NCBI GenBank assembly: GCA_964629765.1
Contig: CAZVTK010000002.1
Coordinates: forward strand, 32,898 to 96,897
Direction: 5' to 3'
DNA length: 64,000 nucleotides
Source: an uncultured Mesorhizobium sp.
GTDB lineage: Bacteria; Pseudomonadota; Alphaproteobacteria; Rhizobiales; Rhizobiaceae
The position numbers and the translations under genes are program-made. Below are positions 11,369 through 20,620 of the stretch, piece after piece. The stretch's first letter is position 1; each line of letters opens with the position of its first letter. The notes beneath the pieces were generated by a model, which had not been told where the DNA came from, searched no databases, and saw nothing but the letters and a program-made list of their open reading frames with translations.

Positions 11369-12618
11369 CGAAGCCGAAGATCAGGAACCCCATCCTGCGC
11401 ACGCGGCAGCCTACCTTGCCGCCCGTCACGCGCAGCCGGATCGCCCTCGGCATGACGGCGGGCGCCGCCCTCGGCCGTTTCGAATTGCAGGTCTGCGAAG
11501 CGTGCGGTGCGGTGCAATATCCCGCCCGCGAGGTCTGCCGGCGCTGCCTGTCCGACCAGCTCGTCTGGCGCCCGCAGGACGGCAGGGGCGAACTGATCAG
11601 CGAGACGACGTCCCGCGCCTCGCAGGAGCTTTATTTCCGCGAGCGGCTTCCGTGGCGGCTCGGCATGGTGCGGCTCGCCGCGGGGCCGACCGTGGTGGCG
11701 CATGTCCATGCCGATTGCCCGGCGGCGCCCTGCGCGGTGCGCGTCACGGCCGTGCTCGACAGGGCCGGCCAGGCCACGCTCGTGGCCGTGCCCCCAAAGG
11801 GAAGGCCCGATCTCAACGAGGATCCGCGCCTGAAGGACATGACATGCGACCCGGCGGGCCGGAAGATCCTGGTGACGGACGGCAAGAGCCCGGCGGGCCA
11901 GGCCGTGGTGCGCGCGCTCGCCGCCGCGGGCGCCAGCCTGATCTGGGCCGGCTGCGCGGAACCGTGGAAGCGGCCGCCGGGCTTCGCCGCCCTTTGCGAG
12001 CTGCCGCAGGTGGATATCGTGCCGCTCGACGTGACGGACACCCGCTCCGTCGCCGAGCTCGCGGGCCGCATCGGCGGCAAGGTCGATATCGTCGTCAACA
12101 CCGCCGACCATCACCGCACCTTCGGCATCGGCGCCCGGCAGGGCATCGCGACGGCGCAGGCGGAAATGGAGGTGAACTATTTCGGCATGCTGCGGCTGGC
12201 GCAATCCTTCGGTCCCGCGCTGCGCGCGCGGGCGGCGGACGGCGAGGCCAATGCGGTGGCCTGGGTCAATCTCTTCAGCGTGTTCGCGCTCTCCAATTTT
12301 CCGCCGCACGGCACCTATTCGGCCTCGCAGGCCGCCGCGCTTTCGCTTTCGCAATGCCTGCGCGCGGAGATGCAGCCCGCCGGCATCCGCGTCGTCAACG
12401 TCTTCAGCGGCCCGGTGGACGACGAATGGAACCAGCTCGTGCTGCCGCCCAAGCTCGGGCCGGAGGCGCTGGCCGATGCCGTCGTCTCGGCGCTGAAGGG
12501 CGCGGTGGAGGATGTGTTCCACGGCCCCGTCGCGCAGGACTGGCTGGAGCGGTGGCGCAGCGACCCGAAGACCCTCGAACGCGAGCTGACGGCGGCCGCG
12601 TCGTCGGGCGGCGCCTGA
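11365..12618 (+). CDS. DUF35 Zn-ribbon/OB-fold domain fused to an atypical SDR domain
   Basis: CEAC..CRRC zinc ribbon and OB-fold, followed by a Rossmann fold with TDGKSPAG and YSASQ. ATGA overlap with the thiolase gene. Confidence 0.85.
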   Translation: MTKPKIRNPILRTRQPTLPPVTRSRIALGMTAGAALGRFELQVCEACGAVQYPAREVCRRCLSDQLVWRPQDGRGELISETTSRASQELYFRERLPWRLGMVRLAAGPTVVAHVHADCPAAPCAVRVTAVLDRAGQATLVAVPPKGRPDLNEDPRLKDMTCDPAGRKILVTDGKSPAGQAVVRALAAAGASLIWAGCAEPWKRPPGFAALCELPQVDIVPLDVTDTRSVAELAGRIGGKVDIVVNTADHHRTFGIGARQGIATAQAEMEVNYFGMLRLAQSFGPALRARAADGEANAVAWVNLFSVFALSNFPPHGTYSASQAAALSLSQCLRAEMQPAGIRVVNVFSGPVDDEWNQLVLPPKLGPEALADAVVSALKGAVEDVFHGPVAQDWLERWRSDPKTLERELTAAASSGGA

Positions 12619-12637
12619 ACGAGCAAACGGAGCCATC

Positions 12638-13423
12638 ATGACGGACGCGTTGACCGGTTTCGCCACAGCCCTCGCGACGGGAAAGATCCGCATCGTCGAC
12701 CTGACGCAGACCCTGACGCCCGGCTTTCCCCGGATCACCCTGCCGCCCGAGATGGAGCAGAGCCGCCCGTTCCGCATCGAGGAGATCTCCCGGTACGACG
12801 AGCGCGGCCCCGCTTGGTACTGGAACAATTTCTCCTGCGGCGAGCATACGGGCACGCATTTCGACGCGCCGATCCACTGGATCACCGGCCGCGACCTGCC
12901 GAACAACGCCACCGACACGATCCCGCCCGAGCATTTCATCGCGCCGGCCTGCGTCGTGGATTGCTCCGCCGAGAGCGCCCGCGATCCCGATCATCTCCTG
13001 ACGGCCGACGCCCTGCTGGCCTGGGAGGGCGTGCACGGGCGGATACCGGCGGGAAGCTGGGTGCTGATGCGCACCGACTGGTCGAAGCGCACCGATCCCG
13101 CCGCCTACCAGAACTATGACGAGACGGGTCAGCACACGCCGGGGCCGGATGTCGGCGCGGTGCGCTTTCTGGTCGAAAAGCGCGACGTCCTCGGCTTCGG
13201 CACCGAAACCATCGGCACCGATGCTGGACAGGCCGCGCATTTCCAGCCGCCCTATCCCTGTCACAGCTTCATGCATGGAGCGGGGCGCTACGGCCTGCAA
13301 TGTCTCGCCAATCTCGACAAGCTGCCGCCCACGGGCGCGCTGATCTTCGCGGCGCCTCTGAAGATCCAGCGCGGCAGCGGCAGTCCGCTTCGTGTCCTCG
13401 CAATCCTTTCCGCCGGAGCCTGA
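12638..13423 (+). CDS. Cyclase/kynurenine-formamidase family amidohydrolase, isatin hydrolase-like
   Basis: HTGTHFDAPIHW metal motif; GTDAGQ and APLKI..GSGSP.R closely resemble isatin hydrolases as recalled. Confidence 0.88.
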   Translation: MTDALTGFATALATGKIRIVDLTQTLTPGFPRITLPPEMEQSRPFRIEEISRYDERGPAWYWNNFSCGEHTGTHFDAPIHWITGRDLPNNATDTIPPEHFIAPACVVDCSAESARDPDHLLTADALLAWEGVHGRIPAGSWVLMRTDWSKRTDPAAYQNYDETGQHTPGPDVGAVRFLVEKRDVLGFGTETIGTDAGQAAHFQPPYPCHSFMHGAGRYGLQCLANLDKLPPTGALIFAAPLKIQRGSGSPLRVLAILSAGA

Positions 13424-13425
13424 CC

Positions 13426-15024
13426 ATGTCGCCCGCCGCGCCCTTCGCCCCCGCCGACCGCACCTTGCCGGCCATGCTGGAACGGCAGGCCGCGCGCTAC
13501 GGCGACCGCCGGCTCGTGACGACGGAAGACGGCGCATGGACCTATGCCGAGGCGCGCGAGGCGGCCGCCCGCGCGGCGGCGGCGCTTGCGCAGGCCGGCA
13601 TCGCCAGGGGCGACCGCGTCGCGATCCTGTGCGGCAACCGGCTGGCATTTCTGGAAATCGTGCTCGGCTGCGCCTGGCTGGGCGCCATCCTGGTGCCGAT
13701 CAACACCGCCTCGCAGGGGCCGCAGGTCCAGTACATTCTCGGCAATTGCGGGGCGAAGCTGCTCGCCTGCGAGACGGATCTCGTCTCCGCGCTGGACACG
13801 GCCGATCTTTCCGCGCTGCCGCTGGAAACGATCTGGTCCATCGGCGGGGAGCCGCCGGCAGATGGCGTCCAGGGCCGGCCTTGCCGGGCCTATGCGCCGG
13901 GCGGCGACCGGCTCGCGCCCGCCGCCATCCGGCCCGGCGACACCATGGCCATTCTCTACACCTCCGGCACGACCGGGCCCTCCAAGGGCGTCTGCTGCCC
14001 CCACGCGCAATATTACTGGTGGGGCAGCCTGTCGGCGGCCGCGCTCGGGGTGCGCGAGGGCGACGTGCTCCTGACGACCTTGCCGCTGTTCCACATCAAC
14101 GCGCTCAACACGTTCGCGCAGGCGCTTCTGAACGGCGCGTCCTACGTGCTCGAAAGGCGTTTCTCGGCCTCGGGCTTCTGGCCGGCGCTGGCGAGGCACG
14201 AGGCGACCGTGACCTACCTGCTCGGCGCGATGGTCCCGATCCTGCTCGCGCGGGAGCCCTCGCCCGCCGAACGCGAGCACAAAGTGCGCATCGCGCTCGG
14301 CCCCGGCGTGCCGGGCCATCTGCACGAGGTGTTTCGCGAGCGCACGGGCGTCGCCCTGCTCGAGGCCTATGGCTCCACCGAAACGAATTTCGTCATCGGC
14401 CGGGGGATCGGGGACCAGAAGCCCGACACGATGGGACGCGTGCGCGACGGCTTTTTCGCGCGCGTGGTCGATGCGCAGGACAATCCGGTGCCCGATGGCG
14501 AGCCGGGCGAGCTGGTGCTGCGCGCGGACGAGCCTTTCGCCTTCGCCACCGGCTATTTCGGCATGGACGACAAGACTGTGGAGGCGTGGCGCAATCTCTG
14601 GTTCCACACCGGCGACCGCGTGATCCGCGACGGCGAAGGCTATTTCAGATTCGTCGACCGCCTGAAGGACGCCATCCGGCGGCGCGGCGAGAACATCTCG
14701 TCCTACGAGGTCGAGCAGGTGCTGCTGAGCCATCCGCAGATTGCGGCCGCGGCGGTCTATCCGGTGCGATCGGAGCTCGCCGAGGACGAGGTGATGGCCG
14801 CGATCGTGCGTCGTGCCGACGCGGATTTCGACGAGGTCGCGCTGATGCGGTTCTGCGAGACGCGCATGCCGTATTTCGCGGTGCCGCGCTACGTGACCTT
14901 CGCGTCCGACCTGCCGCGCACCGAGAACGGCAAGGTGCAGAAATACAAGCTGCGCGAAGAGGGCGTGACGGCCGCGACCTGGGACCGCGAAGCGCATGGC
15001 TATCAGATCAGGCGACGCAAATGA
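13426..15024 (+). CDS. ATP-dependent acyl-CoA ligase (CaiC-like)
   Basis: YTSGTTGPSKG, YGSTE, WFHTGD, RRRGENISSYEVE and GKVQK adenylation motifs. Confidence 0.93.
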   Translation: MSPAAPFAPADRTLPAMLERQAARYGDRRLVTTEDGAWTYAEAREAAARAAAALAQAGIARGDRVAILCGNRLAFLEIVLGCAWLGAILVPINTASQGPQVQYILGNCGAKLLACETDLVSALDTADLSALPLETIWSIGGEPPADGVQGRPCRAYAPGGDRLAPAAIRPGDTMAILYTSGTTGPSKGVCCPHAQYYWWGSLSAAALGVREGDVLLTTLPLFHINALNTFAQALLNGASYVLERRFSASGFWPALARHEATVTYLLGAMVPILLAREPSPAEREHKVRIALGPGVPGHLHEVFRERTGVALLEAYGSTETNFVIGRGIGDQKPDTMGRVRDGFFARVVDAQDNPVPDGEPGELVLRADEPFAFATGYFGMDDKTVEAWRNLWFHTGDRVIRDGEGYFRFVDRLKDAIRRRGENISSYEVEQVLLSHPQIAAAAVYPVRSELAEDEVMAAIVRRADADFDEVALMRFCETRMPYFAVPRYVTFASDLPRTENGKVQKYKLREEGVTAATWDREAHGYQIRRRK

Positions 15025-15034
15025 GGAGGCGATC

Positions 15035-15772
15035 ATGACCATGCAGACGGCATTCGTAACCGGCGCGGCGCAGGGGCTGGGCGCGGCGATCGCCAAGGCC
15101 CTCGCCGATTCCGGCCGCAACGTGGTGCTGGCCGACGTCGACGCATCCGTCGCCGAGACCGCCAGGGCCATCGACCCCCACGGCCGGCGCGCCGTCGCGC
15201 AGATGCTCGACGTGCGCGACGAAGAGGCGTTCCAGTCGGCGTTCGACGGCGCGGTGGCGCGCTTCGGCGCCGTCGACATCATGGTCAACAACGCCGCACG
15301 CACGGCGATGCGCCCGGTATGGGACATCACCGCGCCGGAATGGGACGACGTGCTGTCGGTCAATCTGCGCGGCACGTTCTTCGGCTGCCGCATCGCCGGC
15401 CGGCACATGCGCGAGCGCAAGGCCGGGCGCATCATCAACCTTTCCTCGATCGCCGGCCAGTTGGCCAGCCCCGCGACGGGCGTGCACTACGCGGCCTCGA
15501 AGGCGGGCATCCTCATCCTGACGAAGGTGTTCGCGCAGGAGCTCGCTCCCTTCTCCGTGACGGTCAACGCCGTCGCGCCGTCCGCGATTTCGAGCCCGGC
15601 GGTCGAATCCGCGCCGCCCGAGAAGATCGCCGCGGTTCTCGCGACCATCCCCGTGGGCCGTCTCGGGCGGCCGGACGAGCTGAGCTCCGCCGTCCTCTAT
15701 CTCGCGTCCCAGGATAGCGGCTACATCACGGGCGCGACGCTCGACATCAATGGCGGCAGGCTGATGCGCTGA
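15035..15772 (+). CDS. Classical SDR oxidoreductase (FabG-like)
   Basis: TGAAQGLG, NNA, YAASK. SD GAGGAGG. Confidence 0.92.
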   Translation: MTMQTAFVTGAAQGLGAAIAKALADSGRNVVLADVDASVAETARAIDPHGRRAVAQMLDVRDEEAFQSAFDGAVARFGAVDIMVNNAARTAMRPVWDITAPEWDDVLSVNLRGTFFGCRIAGRHMRERKAGRIINLSSIAGQLASPATGVHYAASKAGILILTKVFAQELAPFSVTVNAVAPSAISSPAVESAPPEKIAAVLATIPVGRLGRPDELSSAVLYLASQDSGYITGATLDINGGRLMR

Positions 15773-15795
15773 GCGCGCGGTGCGGGCAGGCGCCG

Positions 15796-16227
15796 TCAAT
15801 CCCGCTCATAGGTGAGCTTCTTGAGCATGCCGATGAATTCGTCGTGCTTCGATCGCGGAAGGGAGCTGAGGAGCTGCGCCTGCACGCGCTGAACGGCGGG
15901 TTCCGCCTGTTCCAGCAGGGCCATCCCTTCGGCCGAAAGCGCGAGGATCTTGATCCGGCGGTCCTCCTCGCTCGGCGTGCGCTGGACGAGCCCCTTCTTC
16001 TCCAGCCGGTAGATGACGTCGCCGATGGTCGAGCGGTCGAACGCGATCAGCTCCGAAAGCCGCGTCGCATCGATGCCGGGGTTGTATCGCAGCGTGCGCA
16101 TCGCAGCATATTGCACGGAGGTCATGTCGAGGGCTCCGCACTCGGCGGCGAAGAGAGCGGAGTGCACCTGCCAGAGCCGACGCACCAGATGCCCGGGCAT
16201 CGAATACAGATCGTCGGACTTACCCAT
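15796..16227 (-). CDS. MarR family transcriptional regulator (PcaV/MobR-like)
   Basis: PGHLVRRL..QY...FDRSTIG..RLEKKGLV.R..DRR winged helix. Start ATG 16227 (GTG 16251 possible). Confidence 0.93.
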   Translation of the reverse strand: MGKSDDLYSMPGHLVRRLWQVHSALFAAECGALDMTSVQYAAMRTLRYNPGIDATRLSELIAFDRSTIGDVIYRLEKKGLVQRTPSEEDRRIKILALSAEGMALLEQAEPAVQRVQAQLLSSLPRSKHDEFIGMLKKLTYERD

Positions 16228-16266
16228 CTGACAGTTCGGCTTTCCCTGCACGACATCGAGCTATCT

Positions 16267-16280
16267 ATCAGCATACGGAA
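16267..16280. promoter_or_regulatory. Putative MarR operator ATCAGCATACGGAA (autoregulatory site)
   Basis: Matches the recurring ATCAGTATACTGAT-like palindrome and lies directly upstream of marR. Confidence 0.65.
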
Positions 16281-16321
16281 TATCGACAAGGCTGCACGGT
16301 AAAAAACGCCGCAGGCAGCGC

Positions 16322-18310
16322 TCACCCCCCGGACGAACCGGCGTCGTCGCGGGCGAGCCGGGCGCCGAGCAAGACGCCTTCCTTCACCGCGAAGGACAGG
16401 CCGCGCGGCGCCAGGCAATCGCCGATCTGGATCGTCGGCAGGCCGGACGGCGGAACGGGTTCGCGCTCCAGCGGTCCGGCCCAGACGAGCCCGTCCGCCG
16501 CGAGCGGGATCGCCCTGCCTTCGCGGAAGCGGCACATGAGAACCCCGTCGGCCGTCTCGACGGCGGCGCGGACATGGATGGCGACGCCGGCCGCGCGCAG
16601 GCGGACGATGACGGCCTCGAAACTCTCCGGCGGAATGCGGCCCGCGACGCGCTCCTGCCGCGTGACCATCGCCACCTCGCAGCCGGCGGCGGCGGCGGCC
16701 TCCGCGGCGCTGACGGCATCCCATCGGCCGGTTTCGTCGACCACGACGACGCGACGCCACCCGGGCCGGCCTGCCGGATCGAGGAACCGCTCGGGGGAGA
16801 CGACCGGCAGGCCCGCGACGGCGCCGACCGCCGTGCGCGCGCCGGTCGCCGCAACGACCAGGCCGACCCCGTCCTCCCGCAGGACCGAGGCGTCCGGCGC
16901 GGCCTCCAGCCTGACGCGTATCCGGCCGCTGCGCGCGATGCGGCCTTCGAGATGGCGCACATAGTCGCGCCACGCCGCGCGGTGCGGCGCCATCCCGGCG
17001 ATGCGGCAGCGTCCGCCCAGCGCCGCCGAGCGCTCGTACAGGACGACATGCGCACCGGCCTTCGCGGCCGACAAAGCGGCCTCGCATCCAGCCGGGCCGC
17101 CGCCGACGACGCCGACGACGCCAGTGATCGGGGCGCGCCCGCTGATGTCCGTCTGCACGGCGGGAAGCGAGAGCGCGCCGGGGTTGACCTTGCAGGTGAC
17201 CCAGTTCTGACCGCGGTAGACGCGGCAATCCTCCATGCAGCGCAGGCAGGGGCGGATGTCGTCCGCCTTGCCGGCGGCCGCCTTGAGCACCCATTCGGGA
17301 TCGGCGAGCAGCGCCCGCCCGAGCCCCACCATGCTGGCGTCGCCGCTGGCAACCATGTCCTCCGCCAGCCCGGGCGTGCCGATGTTCTGGGTCGCCGTCA
17401 CGGGACAGCCGACCACGCGCAGGATGTTGCGGGTCGCCTCGCGGGTCCCGCCGGCCGGAAAGCTCGCGTCCTTCACGTAGCGATGCGGCGCGGAAGCCAC
17501 CGAAACCGTGATGTAGTCGATCAGGCGTTCCTGCCAGAGCGCGCCGCACAGCTCCAGTATCTCGCCCGCCTCCGGGCCTGCCTCGTCGCGGCCGCCCGAC
17601 GGCAGCCGGATGCCGATAAGGCGGCCGGGGTGATCGTCTCGCAGATCGCTCAGGATCTCGCGGTGCAGCCGCGAGCGGTTGCGCAGCGACCCGCCATACC
17701 CGTCGCCCCGGCTGTTGCGCGCGGGAGCCAGGAACTGGTTCAGCAGGTAGCCGTGCGCCGCATGCAGCTCGACGCCGTCGAAGCCGGCACGGATCACGTT
17801 GCGGGCGGAGGCGCGATGGGCATTGCGGAGCTCCGCGATATCGGCGAGGTCGAGCGCCGGGGCGAAGACCCCTTCGCGCCGGGACAACGCCGGCGACGGG
17901 CCGGCGACGGCGGCGTAGGGCGGCGCGAGACCCCATCGCTCCGCGCCGAAATGCAGGAGCTGGGCCACCACCAGCCCGCCATGCCCGTGCACCGCGTCGG
18001 CGACCGGGCCGAGCCGCGCCGCGAAGCCGGGATCGAAGATCGGCAGCAGGCCCCTGTCGTCCCGCCGCGTCGCGTGGAAGGAATGCTCCGCGACGACGGT
18101 GGCGCCGAGCACGATCAGGCCGAGCCCGTTTGCGGCGAGCTCGGCGAAGTTGCGCACGAGCTCGGGAACCGTGAGCGTCGCCTGCCCGTGCGGCAATGCG
18201 ACGGTGCGGTTGCGGGCAACGTGGCCGGCGGCGATCTCCAGCGGCCGGAACAGCGCGGGAAAGCCGCCTGCCTCCGGCTTTGCGGGCGCGGCCGCCGACC
18301 CGGGCGCCAT
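16322..18310 (-). CDS. NADH:flavin oxidoreductase (OYE barrel + 4Fe-4S + FAD domain; FadH/BaiH-like)
   Basis: GFDGVELHAAHGYLLNQF, DGYGGSL.NR, CLRCMEDC..C and GGGPAG motifs. Confidence 0.88.
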   Translation of the reverse strand: MAPGSAAAPAKPEAGGFPALFRPLEIAAGHVARNRTVALPHGQATLTVPELVRNFAELAANGLGLIVLGATVVAEHSFHATRRDDRGLLPIFDPGFAARLGPVADAVHGHGGLVVAQLLHFGAERWGLAPPYAAVAGPSPALSRREGVFAPALDLADIAELRNAHRASARNVIRAGFDGVELHAAHGYLLNQFLAPARNSRGDGYGGSLRNRSRLHREILSDLRDDHPGRLIGIRLPSGGRDEAGPEAGEILELCGALWQERLIDYITVSVASAPHRYVKDASFPAGGTREATRNILRVVGCPVTATQNIGTPGLAEDMVASGDASMVGLGRALLADPEWVLKAAAGKADDIRPCLRCMEDCRVYRGQNWVTCKVNPGALSLPAVQTDISGRAPITGVVGVVGGGPAGCEAALSAAKAGAHVVLYERSAALGGRCRIAGMAPHRAAWRDYVRHLEGRIARSGRIRVRLEAAPDASVLREDGVGLVVAATGARTAVGAVAGLPVVSPERFLDPAGRPGWRRVVVVDETGRWDAVSAAEAAAAAGCEVAMVTRQERVAGRIPPESFEAVIVRLRAAGVAIHVRAAVETADGVLMCRFREGRAIPLAADGLVWAGPLEREPVPPSGLPTIQIGDCLAPRGLSFAVKEGVLLGARLARDDAGSSGG

Positions 18311-18320
18311 CGTCCGGCGC

Positions 18321-18857
18321 CTAGACCGGCCTGGCCGTATAGCGGAAGAAGGTCAGCATCTCGACGCCGCAGAGCTCGCCGTCCGCTTCCTTCGTGTACG
18401 CCGTCTCCACCTTCATGAAGATGCCGTCGCCGATGGCGGTGGACTTGGGGGTGACGTCGCGCAGAACGGAGGTCGAGACGATGCGATCGCCGGGGTGGAC
18501 CGGTGCATGGTAGCGCGTGTCGACTGCCGTCACGACCACCCGGTCGCCCGGCCCCGGCACGACCTCGAAAATGGGCGGGCCGGGGACGAACGGGTCCAGG
18601 CTGAGCTCGCCCTGCGCGGGCCAGTAGGCGCGCGTCGAGAGCGGGCGCAGCATCGAGACGGGCGCGACAACGTCGGGATATCCTTCCCGACGGGCGGCCT
18701 CGGGGTCGAGATGGATCGGGAAGCCGACGCCCTGCACCTCCATCTTGCGGCGGAAGTCGGCCACCGAGGCGGCGTCGGCGCCGACGCGCGGGGGCAAGGG
18801 GCGGCCGATCCAGGCACGGGCATCGTCCACCGTTCCGGGAATGAGGTGCAGCGCCAT
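18321..18857 (-). CDS. MaoC/FAS1-like hot-dog dehydratase subunit (N-terminal type)
   Basis: YHAPVHPGDRI hot-dog signature and PDVVAP. SD GAGGAG. Confidence 0.75.
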   Translation of the reverse strand: MALHLIPGTVDDARAWIGRPLPPRVGADAASVADFRRKMEVQGVGFPIHLDPEAARREGYPDVVAPVSMLRPLSTRAYWPAQGELSLDPFVPGPPIFEVVPGPGDRVVVTAVDTRYHAPVHPGDRIVSTSVLRDVTPKSTAIGDGIFMKVETAYTKEADGELCGVEMLTFFRYTARPV

Positions 18858-18895
18858 GCTCGTCTCCTCGTCGCGCGATGATGTGCGAAGCGCCG

Positions 18896-19840
18896 TCAGC
18901 CGGCCTTTGCCGCCCGGGCCGATGCCGCAGCGGCCTCGGCGTCGATCAGGCCGATGTCCTGGAACGCCGACCGCATAACGTCGATCTCCGACGCGGGGGG
19001 CATGAGATAGGGGCGGCGGACGTCGCCGCCCGGATGGCTGAACACCTTGAGCGCCATCTTCACCCAGCGCGCGCTCGACGGGCTCCAGCGGCCGGACAGC
19101 TTGTAGAGGCGCAGGATGATGCCCATCTTGTGCGCCGCCCCGGCGATGTCGCCCGCCTCCGCGTCGCGGATGACGCCCATCAGCAGGTTAGGGCACACAT
19201 TGCCTTCGGCCGCCTGGCAGCCGTCGAGCCCCATCAATATGTCCTGCAACAGCGTCGCCGTGCCTGTGTAGACGGCCACGTCGTCCGGGATGCCGTCGCG
19301 GATCTGGAGGGCCGTCTCGCTTCCCGCGGCGATCACATGGACCGCGCGCACCTGGCTGAAGCCCTTGACGAGCTGGCTGATCAGCCTGGTCGAGGGCGAC
19401 CACGACGAGGCGACGCGGTGGATCGACAGGGCGATCGGGAAGTCGACGGCGCGCAGCACGTCCTCGTAATAGGCCACCTGCTCGTCGGGGCGCGGCCGCA
19501 TGCCGTGGCCGGCGTCCAGCGCGTACAGCTCGACGCAGTCGACGCCGACGTCGATCGCCATCTTCATCCATTCGATGACCTGCGCGGCCGTGCGCGGCTC
19601 GGGGGGATTGGCGTGCACGGGCACGCGGCCCTTCAGCACCTCCACGCCGATCTCGAACACGCGCCGCCGCTCGTCCTCGCTGAGGGCATAGCCCTCGCCC
19701 GAGCCGGGGCTGCCGAGATACACGCCCACGCCGGCATCGCGCAGGCGTCTCAAATGCGTGCGGAACCCCTCCTCGTCGAGCGATCCGTCCTCCCGGAAGG
19801 GGGTGGTGCTCATGGCGAACACGGTCTTCTTGCGCGACAA
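18896..19840 (-). CDS. Dihydrodipicolinate synthase/N-acetylneuraminate lyase fold protein with a non-canonical active site
   Basis: TTPFREDGSLD, GSGEGYALS..ER. His stands at the Schiff-base Lys position (VRAVHV). TTG start with SD. Confidence 0.82.
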   Translation of the reverse strand: MSRKKTVFAMSTTPFREDGSLDEEGFRTHLRRLRDAGVGVYLGSPGSGEGYALSEDERRRVFEIGVEVLKGRVPVHANPPEPRTAAQVIEWMKMAIDVGVDCVELYALDAGHGMRPRPDEQVAYYEDVLRAVDFPIALSIHRVASSWSPSTRLISQLVKGFSQVRAVHVIAAGSETALQIRDGIPDDVAVYTGTATLLQDILMGLDGCQAAEGNVCPNLLMGVIRDAEAGDIAGAAHKMGIILRLYKLSGRWSPSSARWVKMALKVFSHPGGDVRRPYLMPPASEIDVMRSAFQDIGLIDAEAAAASARAAKAG

Positions 19841-19843
19841 GGG

Positions 19844-20275
19844 CTACTCCTGCTTCGCTGTCGTATCGGTTGGAAATCTGACCTCGCACTCGCCTGTCGA
19901 CGTGACGCGGCCCGCGGCCTCGATGGTGATCGCGATGCGCGCCACCACGCCCCCGGCGTCGCGAACGGCCTCGACGATCGTGCCGGAGCAGGTGAGCGTC
20001 ATGCCCACCGCGTTGAAGCCGCCGAGCTTGAAGGCGATGCGCTCGATCCGCGCGGACGGGCCGGCCCAGGCGCGCAGGGTGAATTCGACGAGGGACTGAA
20101 GAAAGACGAAATTGGTGAACGGCCCCGGCGCTCCCGCCTTTCTCGCTTCGTCCACGTCATGGTGGATGGGCGCGAAATCGCGGTTCACGCCCGCTTCCAT
20201 CACCAGCCGCTGCAAGGAGAGCGGAACCACGCGCGGCGTGATGGCGGCGCCCGCCACGAGCTGCGGCCCGGTCAT
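19844..20275 (-). CDS. MaoC-like dehydratase subunit
   Basis: NRDFAPIHHD..EARKAG hydratase motif (D-x4-H). SD GGAGG. Confidence 0.85.
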   Translation of the reverse strand: MTGPQLVAGAAITPRVVPLSLQRLVMEAGVNRDFAPIHHDVDEARKAGAPGPFTNFVFLQSLVEFTLRAWAGPSARIERIAFKLGGFNAVGMTLTCSGTIVEAVRDAGGVVARIAITIEAAGRVTSTGECEVRFPTDTTAKQE

Positions 20276-20345
20276 CTCGCGGCCTCCGCCGCGCCGATGC
20301 CGGCACAGGGCGCCGGCGTCCCGTCATGTCGCTTTGCGGTCATGG

Positions 20346-20620
20346 CTAGAGCCTGTTATGGACTATGGATGGGGCTGCGCTGCCGCCGATTTTGGCCCGC
20401 CCGGCAGGAGCCGGTCGCAGACCGGTATCGGGAATACCTGCAAGACCGGCGACGAACCGGTGGGCCAAAAGCGGCGCAGCCCGAAGGGTTGAGCGGCGAA
20501 GGCCGCCTGATGCGTCGAAAGGCTTGCCGGTATGCCCGATACCGGCCTGCGCCTTTCTCCTGTCATGCGGTCCTTCGTCGCTCAACGCAGCCTCCATCCA
20601 GGGTCCATAACAGGCTCTAG
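20346..20620. mobile_element. MITE-like non-autonomous element 1 (275 bp including both CTAG)
   Basis: Perfect 18-bp inverted ends CTAGAGCCTGTTATGGAC (20346-20363 / 20603-20620), extending imperfectly to about 35 bp. No credible ORF. The right CTAG coincides with the CoA-transferase stop codon. Confidence 0.82.

Noticed and set aside
20346-20610. Short ORFs (67-83 aa) inside MITE 1, and ORFs crossing MITE 2
   Set aside because: No transposase motifs; the sequence is explained by inverted-repeat structure.
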